Part shown: positions 63,849-64,000 of the stretch, one piece after another
Position numbering within the stretch: the stretch's first letter is position 1
Layout: each line of letters starts with the position of its first letter
Virus record (IMG/VR): IMGVR_UViG_3300031418_000001
Length of the DNA stretch: 64,000 nucleotides
DNA from: a virus
Taxonomy: Duplodnaviria; Heunggongvirae; Uroviricota; Caudoviricetes
Strand: one strand, 5' to 3'
Position numbers and translations under genes: made by a program
The notes under the pieces: generated by a model
The model's database searches: none
What the model saw: only the letters and a program-made list of their open reading frames with translations
What the model was told of the DNA's origin: nothing

Positions 63849-64000
63849 ATGTTATTTCTTCTTTTAGTACTTGATAGCTTAATTATTGGTTGCTGGACTC
63901 TCTATGCATGTCATGTACTTGATATGAGAGTTGAACGTGGTGAAGAAAAACCTTTTTTATTCCGTAACGGAGAACCAATAAAATTATTAAGTAAAAACGT
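63849..64000 (+). CDS. Hypothetical membrane protein, truncated by the window end
   Basis: MLFLLLVLDSLIIGCWTLYACH... open to 64000. Confidence 0.5.
   Translation, partial: MLFLLLVLDSLIIGCWTLYACHVLDMRVERGEEKPFLFRNGEPIKLLSKN

Noticed and set aside
1-64000. tRNA, rRNA, integrase, transposase or homing endonuclease genes
   Set aside because: No cloverleaf/T-loop pattern or HNH, GIY-YIG, LAGLIDADG or DDE motif was seen by eye. A tRNAscan-SE run would be needed to be certain.
1-64000. Nucleus-forming (phiKZ-like) jumbo phage
   Set aside because: No chimallin, PhuZ or multisubunit RNA polymerase in the window; the gene set and sigma70-like promoters fit T4-related or RaK2-like phages better.

Overview
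A 64-kb, AT-rich (roughly 30% GC), densely coding segment of a large lytic phage genome. The gene content resembles enterobacterial jumbo myophages of the RaK2/GAP32/CBB type (inference, not searched). All but one credible gene lie on the + strand. No tRNA, rRNA, CRISPR array, integrase or transposase was seen. Recognisable genes: RNA ligase 1, polynucleotide kinase/phosphatase, ATP-dependent DNA ligase, dCMP deaminase, ClpP, PIN-PhoH, adenine methyltransferase, Acb1-like 2H phosphoesterase, Sir2, an HD (SpoT/MESH1-like) hydrolase, and two NAD salvage routes (PnuC + NadR-like; NMNAT-Nudix + NAMPT). The most unusual items are: (1) a ~750-nt ORF-free, highly base-paired interval (14390-15146) with its own promoter and terminator, a candidate large structured ncRNA; (2) about 30 divergent 125-185 aa paralogs sharing one C-terminal D-x-[FY]-F-N-L-S motif; (3) strong over-representation of the palindrome AGTACT/GTAC; (4) an exact-period 12-bp x10 repeat at the boundary of a GC-richer block of promoter-stem-loop cassettes; (5) an identical two-hairpin leader upstream of both NAD salvage genes; (6) six copies of a TGAAAC-N17-TATACT promoter. 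Start codons were adjusted by eye where an SD sequence or gene overlap favoured a downstream ATG. All family assignments are from recalled motifs, not from database searches.
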